From positions 32,001 to 96,000 of the IMG/VR virus record IMGVR_UViG_3300035665_000004: 64,000 bases of DNA; one strand, given 5' to 3'. Source of the stretch: a virus. Below are positions 59,169-64,000 of the stretch, one piece after another (the stretch's first letter is position 1; each line of letters opens with the position of its first letter). The position numbers and the translations under genes are program-made. A model generated the notes under the pieces. It saw nothing but the letters and a program-made list of their open reading frames with translations, had not been told where the DNA came from and ran no database searches.

Positions 59169-60107
59169 ATGGTAACACCATTTAAAAACAAATTTGTAGT
59201 TAATTTTCACCACGCAGATTTTGATGGTGCAATAAGTGGTAGTTGCGTTAGTGCTGCTTTAGGTATCGACAACGTCATCAGTAAAGCATACAGCATTGCA
59301 AAAGTTGGCAATGCTGTCAACAATATTATAGGTGATACCGATTTGGTATTATTAACCGATATTAGCGTATATAAAGATGATTTATTGAAATTAGTGCCCT
59401 ATATGAAAAAAAATAAACTTATCATATATGACCACCACATAAACGAACATTCTAAAGAAACATTTTCAAAGTTTGAAACCGATACACACAGTATCCTTGA
59501 TCCAGACTTATGTGGTTCGACTATAACTTGGTATAAATTGAGTGAATATTACCCACACAATAGTAAATTACAAGATTTGGAACAAATAGTATATCTTAGT
59601 GATGTTTATGATATGTGGAGAACTAACAACCCAGATTTTGAATATGCCTCAACACTTAATGATTTACTAGATTATAAGATAGGTTATAACCCCGATACCT
59701 TCAGAGAAAGATTTTTGAAAAACCCGGATCCCTATAATTTATCATTCGATGAAAAAATGATCATAGAAAGAAAAAAACTTAAACATTATAGTAATTTGAA
59801 AATTATGGAAAAAAACGCTATAATTTTTGATTATAAAAAACATGTTTTTGTTATGGTAGAAGCAAATGCTACGGATTATACAAAAATGCATTTTATGAAT
59901 TTGATACTTGAAACTGAAAATGTAGATATGTTTATTTTTAAATATACTGGAACAACACAATGTTCAATAAGAATACCCAATAAACAGTCGAAAATTAAAG
60001 ATTTAAATGATTGGTATGAAGATTTTGGTTGTATTGGTCATGAAAAAGCCGGAGGAATATCAGTGAATGAATTCCCCCGGTTAAAAAAAGTTTTAGAAAA
60101 TATCTAA
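59169..60107 (+). CDS. DHH-family phosphoesterase
   Basis: HHADFDG, LTD, YDHH and GHEKAGG motifs; ATG 59169. Confidence 0.85.
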   Translation: MVTPFKNKFVVNFHHADFDGAISGSCVSAALGIDNVISKAYSIAKVGNAVNNIIGDTDLVLLTDISVYKDDLLKLVPYMKKNKLIIYDHHINEHSKETFSKFETDTHSILDPDLCGSTITWYKLSEYYPHNSKLQDLEQIVYLSDVYDMWRTNNPDFEYASTLNDLLDYKIGYNPDTFRERFLKNPDPYNLSFDEKMIIERKKLKHYSNLKIMEKNAIIFDYKKHVFVMVEANATDYTKMHFMNLILETENVDMFIFKYTGTTQCSIRIPNKQSKIKDLNDWYEDFGCIGHEKAGGISVNEFPRLKKVLENI

Positions 60108-60109
60108 AA

Positions 60110-60334
60110 TTATTTTGATTTCAATAACACTACAGATGCTTCAATAGCAAGATTCAACATATGTGAAGCATAATCTTCACTAATGCTTTTTGCTGCATCT
60201 AACACTTTTTCTCTTTTTTCTGAACCACTAAGAGTTTCATCAGTTGCAACTGTAGCAACCAACGATTGTATTTTACTGAATACGTCATGTCCAATTATAT
60301 AACGCATTGTTTGTATCAAAAACCACTGCCACAT
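60110..60334 (-). CDS. Small protein resembling LL-H-type holins (tentative)
   Basis: SGSEKREKV...LNLAIEASV; ATG 60334 after GGAG. Confidence 0.4.
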   Translation of the reverse strand: MWQWFLIQTMRYIIGHDVFSKIQSLVATVATDETLSGSEKREKVLDAAKSISEDYASHMLNLAIEASVVLLKSK

Positions 60335-60398
60335 ATTATTTTCTCCTTTATATTGAAAATTATCCCTGTGAAAATATAACTTCACAGGGATTTAAAAA

Positions 60399-63300
60399 CT
60401 ACATAGTTTTTGTTGCCTGAGCACCTAAGATAGCTGTAAGTTGTGTAACGAGCATAGTTTTAAAATTAACTTTACTATACGCATTAGTTGCAACCGCTTC
60501 AACTATTGGTGCACCAGCAGCAGTAGTATAAACCGTAGATTTTTTAGTTACTAATTCCTGCATCCACTTATCGATTTCAAATGAAGTAACTGTATCTAAA
60601 CCAGCTAAATAGTTAATACCATCTTTAAACATCGCATCGATTTGTGTTTTAGTATAATACGTAGGTGTTGTCATACTAATAGAAACATTAAGTCTTGACA
60701 CCCATTTATTAATATCCGCCGAACTTATTGGATCGATACCATTTGACAATTTTAAACCAGCTTTAACAATTTCAAATGCTTCTTCTTTGTTATAAGCACC
60801 ATTTGTACTAGGTATTGGTCTGAATTCATCCGCTCTTGCTATCGCATTACCAGTAGTCATATCGGGTTGTACTGTATATCCCAACGCAGAGAATTTACCT
60901 GGATTCACAACATCTTTATTATCAATCCAGTTTTCTAAAGATGTATGGAATGCTCCAAGTTCTGTATCATTGATAGCAGTTCCTTTTGTCAAAATATGAT
61001 CTCTGATTTTACTTAAACCACTAATCAATATCAATTTAGTTTCAAGTTTAGTGAAATAACCGGTTGCATCACCTTTAATGCTAGATGTTAATGATTTCAA
61101 TTTTGCTGCCCAATTATCTAAACGCATTTTAGTAATTTCTACAGCATTATCCATATTAGATGTAGTCATATACTTAATGTTAGCTTTATAATCGGTTGGG
61201 TTCCAACCTAATTGAACATAATGTCCACCATCACTTTCAGAATAAGCCAAGTCAATTCTATACCAACCAGATACTGCAAAATCATATGAATACGCAGTAT
61301 CTCTACAGCAATATTTATTTCTAGCAATAATCTCTTTATTGATAAACACTGCATGTGGATCATCACCATTCAATTTAACATTGTCAATTTTAAATGGTGT
61401 ACTAACAAAAATCCATGTGGTATAAATCGCATGGTAATTATGTACGTTACCCCAAACAGTTGGTCCAGCAATAAATCCAGAGTTGAATTCATTACCCAAC
61501 ACATCAGTGTATGTTTTTGTTAATGAGTTGGTTTTAACATTTTTAGTTGCAACCGGTGTTCTACCATTTTCTAAGAAATCTTGAACTAATTCAAGGTTTT
61601 TAGAACCTAAGAAACCAGCGTATCTAACACCTAACCACTCCCAATTAGTAACATTATCAGTTCCAACTGGAGGCAATACTCTAGCAGACGATGCTAAAAT
61701 AAACCCTTCGTAAATCAACTCCAATGTTTCCGCTCTTGAATAGAACTCGGCACTAACATCAACACCTAAATTTTTAACAGATAATCTCTTAATCCAACGA
61801 TCTAATTCAGTTGCAGATAACATAGTTTTACCTGTAACTGTTTTTAATACAGTAACTAAGAATTTCATGAATTCCAACTTAGTATATGGTCCTTCCATGT
61901 TTTCAACAAACGCAGTAATCATATCAGAGATATATACTTTATTTGGTCTTTGAAGAACTGCACCTGAAGTATCTTTCAACCCATAACCATTACCAGTTGA
62001 TGATCTCCAACTATCAAATGCATCATTATCCATATCACCAACGATACCATCAATAGTATCAATCAACAAATTTTTACTAATATCTTTAGTAAATACATTT
62101 GCAGATAAATCTGCTAAATGGGTATTTGTTGTTTCTAATCCCAATGTTAATACTGCATCTTGTGCATTCATATCTTTTCTAATTGCTGCCTCAGTTGTAG
62201 CAATATGTTTGTACAATAAATTTGCAGTAGTATTGATATAATTAGTAGTTTGATCGAATTTAATATGTGTTTCTTCAGTTAAATCAACCAATTTTTTATA
62301 ATTTTTATCAACCGCCAGTTCAAGATCTTCAATTCTTTTTCTTTGATCATTTGCATCAATTCTTAAATCGATAATATCCCTAGTGTTGATTTCATCATAT
62401 AATAACCCATCTGGTCTATAAGTAGTTTTTGATACCATAGAACCACCAGCTTTATAATCAATTGAGAATAACCAACGCAACATAACTTTGAATTTGGCTT
62501 TTCTATCTCTACCAACAGATGAAGTTTCCAATGTCGCATGACGTTCATCAACTAAAGTAAACCCTGTAATGTCATCTGCAAAATTAGGTTTATCTTCAGA
62601 TACATAGATACCATTAATAAAGAATCCAGTACCATTATCATTGAATTCTGGGTGGTAAACACCTTGGTTTCTTCTATTAATAATTGCAACTGGAATAGCA
62701 TGAACATAACCATTATATGATAAAGGTGTTTTTTCCTCAACTGTAAATAATGAATCATCATACAATTTACCTTCTTTATATAATAAAGAATTATGGCTAG
62801 ATGCAATAATTAGATTACCACCCGCAAAAATTTGAGCAGTTTCTAAAATAGGTTGACCAGCTTTACCTACACCATCAGCAGTTGTATATGTACCAATTTC
62901 TCTGGTTACTATTCTTGATGTAACGGGCGATTTACCTTGGAATCTCAACCCTTGAGACATGTAATCAGATGTACCTTTGAAATAGTTATTAAATAAGTTA
63001 AGAGCAACAACTCTTGTTCTATATCTAACTTGAATTAATGTTTCCCCACTATAATATAAATTATGGTCGGCATTTCTAAAGATTGTAGTTCTTTCAACAT
63101 CAGATAACGCAGATAATTTCCAGCCTTTACCCACCGTCGTATCTTCTACAAATGTACTATTGATATATTTTATCTCATCTGCATCAGCCGCTTCAAATGA
63201 TGTGCCACCATAATAGTTATATACGATGTCACCTTTTTGGAACATTTGACAGTATTTCTTAGCACCACCATCAATTACTGTAGATTCGCCAGAAACAGTA

Positions 63301-64000
63301 TCATAAAATACGTGGTCAAATACAGTTGTTGGTACGCCATCAGCAGTTGTTCCTTGATATTGTACGTTACCAAATGGGAAAATAAATCCTGTTTCAGAAA
63401 CATCTTCGTGCCATGTTTCAATGAACACTAAATCTTTTCTTTCCAATACTACGATGTCAATCAAATCAAACGCATCATTTCTTCTAACAACAACATTCTG
63501 TCCAACAGAATCAATCATTGATAATGTTAATGTTTGACCATCCTGGACATAATCATCCCCTTCAGACCAATTAATTTGTTCATGTACAACCTCAAATGGA
63601 ATTTCTGTACCATCATCATACTCGATATTGAAATCAATAGCAAATGTTAATTCTCCACCCTGTGATGCAACTCTTGTTGAAGTAAATACGTCTACACCAG
63701 AAGATAATAAACGAACAACAACCTCATCAGTTGCTTTAGTATGTAAAATAGTAAACGTTTTTCCAAATCTATAATAACCAACTTTAGATCCAGTAATATC
63801 TTCCCACATATTTAATAAAGGTGTTTCAACACCCGAAATAGTTCTTGATATAAACTGTACTTTGCCTGTAGTTGGATTTATTCCAGTTTCCACCATAAAA
63901 TTTCTAGTGTAACTGTATTCATAAATATTTTCACCATCTTCATTAAGAATAGGTTCGCCAAGTGCATCAACTTTTACTTTTTTCAATACAAACTGATCAA
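60399..64000 (-). CDS. Very large putative virion protein, 5'-truncated by the window end; includes a PA14-like segment
   Basis: The frame is open to position 64000 (...GAT CAG TTT GTA TTG); more than 1195 aa; NGDDPHAVFIN...GWYRIDLAYSESDGG..LGW. Confidence 0.6.
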   Translation of the reverse strand, partial: DQFVLKKVKVDALGEPILNEDGENIYEYSYTRNFMVETGINPTTGKVQFISRTISGVETPLLNMWEDITGSKVGYYRFGKTFTILHTKATDEVVVRLLSSGVDVFTSTRVASQGGELTFAIDFNIEYDDGTEIPFEVVHEQINWSEGDDYVQDGQTLTLSMIDSVGQNVVVRRNDAFDLIDIVVLERKDLVFIETWHEDVSETGFIFPFGNVQYQGTTADGVPTTVFDHVFYDTVSGESTVIDGGAKKYCQMFQKGDIVYNYYGGTSFEAADADEIKYINSTFVEDTTVGKGWKLSALSDVERTTIFRNADHNLYYSGETLIQVRYRTRVVALNLFNNYFKGTSDYMSQGLRFQGKSPVTSRIVTREIGTYTTADGVGKAGQPILETAQIFAGGNLIIASSHNSLLYKEGKLYDDSLFTVEEKTPLSYNGYVHAIPVAIINRRNQGVYHPEFNDNGTGFFINGIYVSEDKPNFADDITGFTLVDERHATLETSSVGRDRKAKFKVMLRWLFSIDYKAGGSMVSKTTYRPDGLLYDEINTRDIIDLRIDANDQRKRIEDLELAVDKNYKKLVDLTEETHIKFDQTTNYINTTANLLYKHIATTEAAIRKDMNAQDAVLTLGLETTNTHLADLSANVFTKDISKNLLIDTIDGIVGDMDNDAFDSWRSSTGNGYGLKDTSGAVLQRPNKVYISDMITAFVENMEGPYTKLEFMKFLVTVLKTVTGKTMLSATELDRWIKRLSVKNLGVDVSAEFYSRAETLELIYEGFILASSARVLPPVGTDNVTNWEWLGVRYAGFLGSKNLELVQDFLENGRTPVATKNVKTNSLTKTYTDVLGNEFNSGFIAGPTVWGNVHNYHAIYTTWIFVSTPFKIDNVKLNGDDPHAVFINKEIIARNKYCCRDTAYSYDFAVSGWYRIDLAYSESDGGHYVQLGWNPTDYKANIKYMTTSNMDNAVEITKMRLDNWAAKLKSLTSSIKGDATGYFTKLETKLILISGLSKIRDHILTKGTAINDTELGAFHTSLENWIDNKDVVNPGKFSALGYTVQPDMTTGNAIARADEFRPIPSTNGAYNKEEAFEIVKAGLKLSNGIDPISSADINKWVSRLNVSISMTTPTYYTKTQIDAMFKDGINYLAGLDTVTSFEIDKWMQELVTKKSTVYTTAAGAPIVEAVATNAYSKVNFKTMLVTQLTAILGAQATKTM

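Noticed and set aside
1-64000. Stop-codon reassignment as an explanation for the split genes
   Set aside because: Long ORFs are intact in the standard code, all three stop codons end genes, and the split polB and ligA pieces have their own RBS, promoter or terminator.

Overview
This is an AT-rich, gene-dense 64-kb segment of a large tailed-phage genome of the T4-like type. T4-like genes include a family-B DNA polymerase, a gp44-like clamp loader, a gp61-like primase, an RNase H/FEN, and UvsY- and DsbA-like proteins. Most virion genes lie on the minus strand in scattered islands, each preceded by a T4-late-type (N)ATAAATA motif, interleaved with replication and metabolism genes that carry TATAAT promoters. 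Four features stand out. (1) The polymerase is in at least three pieces: two are joined by a naturally split intein whose halves lie about 27 kb apart, and the exonuclease/motif-A part is absent from the window. (2) A phage-encoded phosphorelay (PAS hybrid kinase, stand-alone receiver, degenerate membrane kinase, Hpt) surrounds holin-like genes, and a DHp-only membrane protein overlaps a GH19 endolysin gene. (3) A plasmid-type iteron origin, Rep_3 initiator and type IA topoisomerase sit inside the phage genome. (4) The NAD-dependent ligase gene lacks its adenylation half. Also present: repeat-rich tail fibres, three fibre-plus-partner cassettes, homing endonucleases (one triply frameshifted), IS200/IS605-like end relics, and feoA, folE, gmk, dUTPase, trx and cca. 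No tRNA, rRNA or CRISPR array was recognised. Functional calls come from manual motif recognition only; no database searches were run, and the host cannot be assigned from this window.
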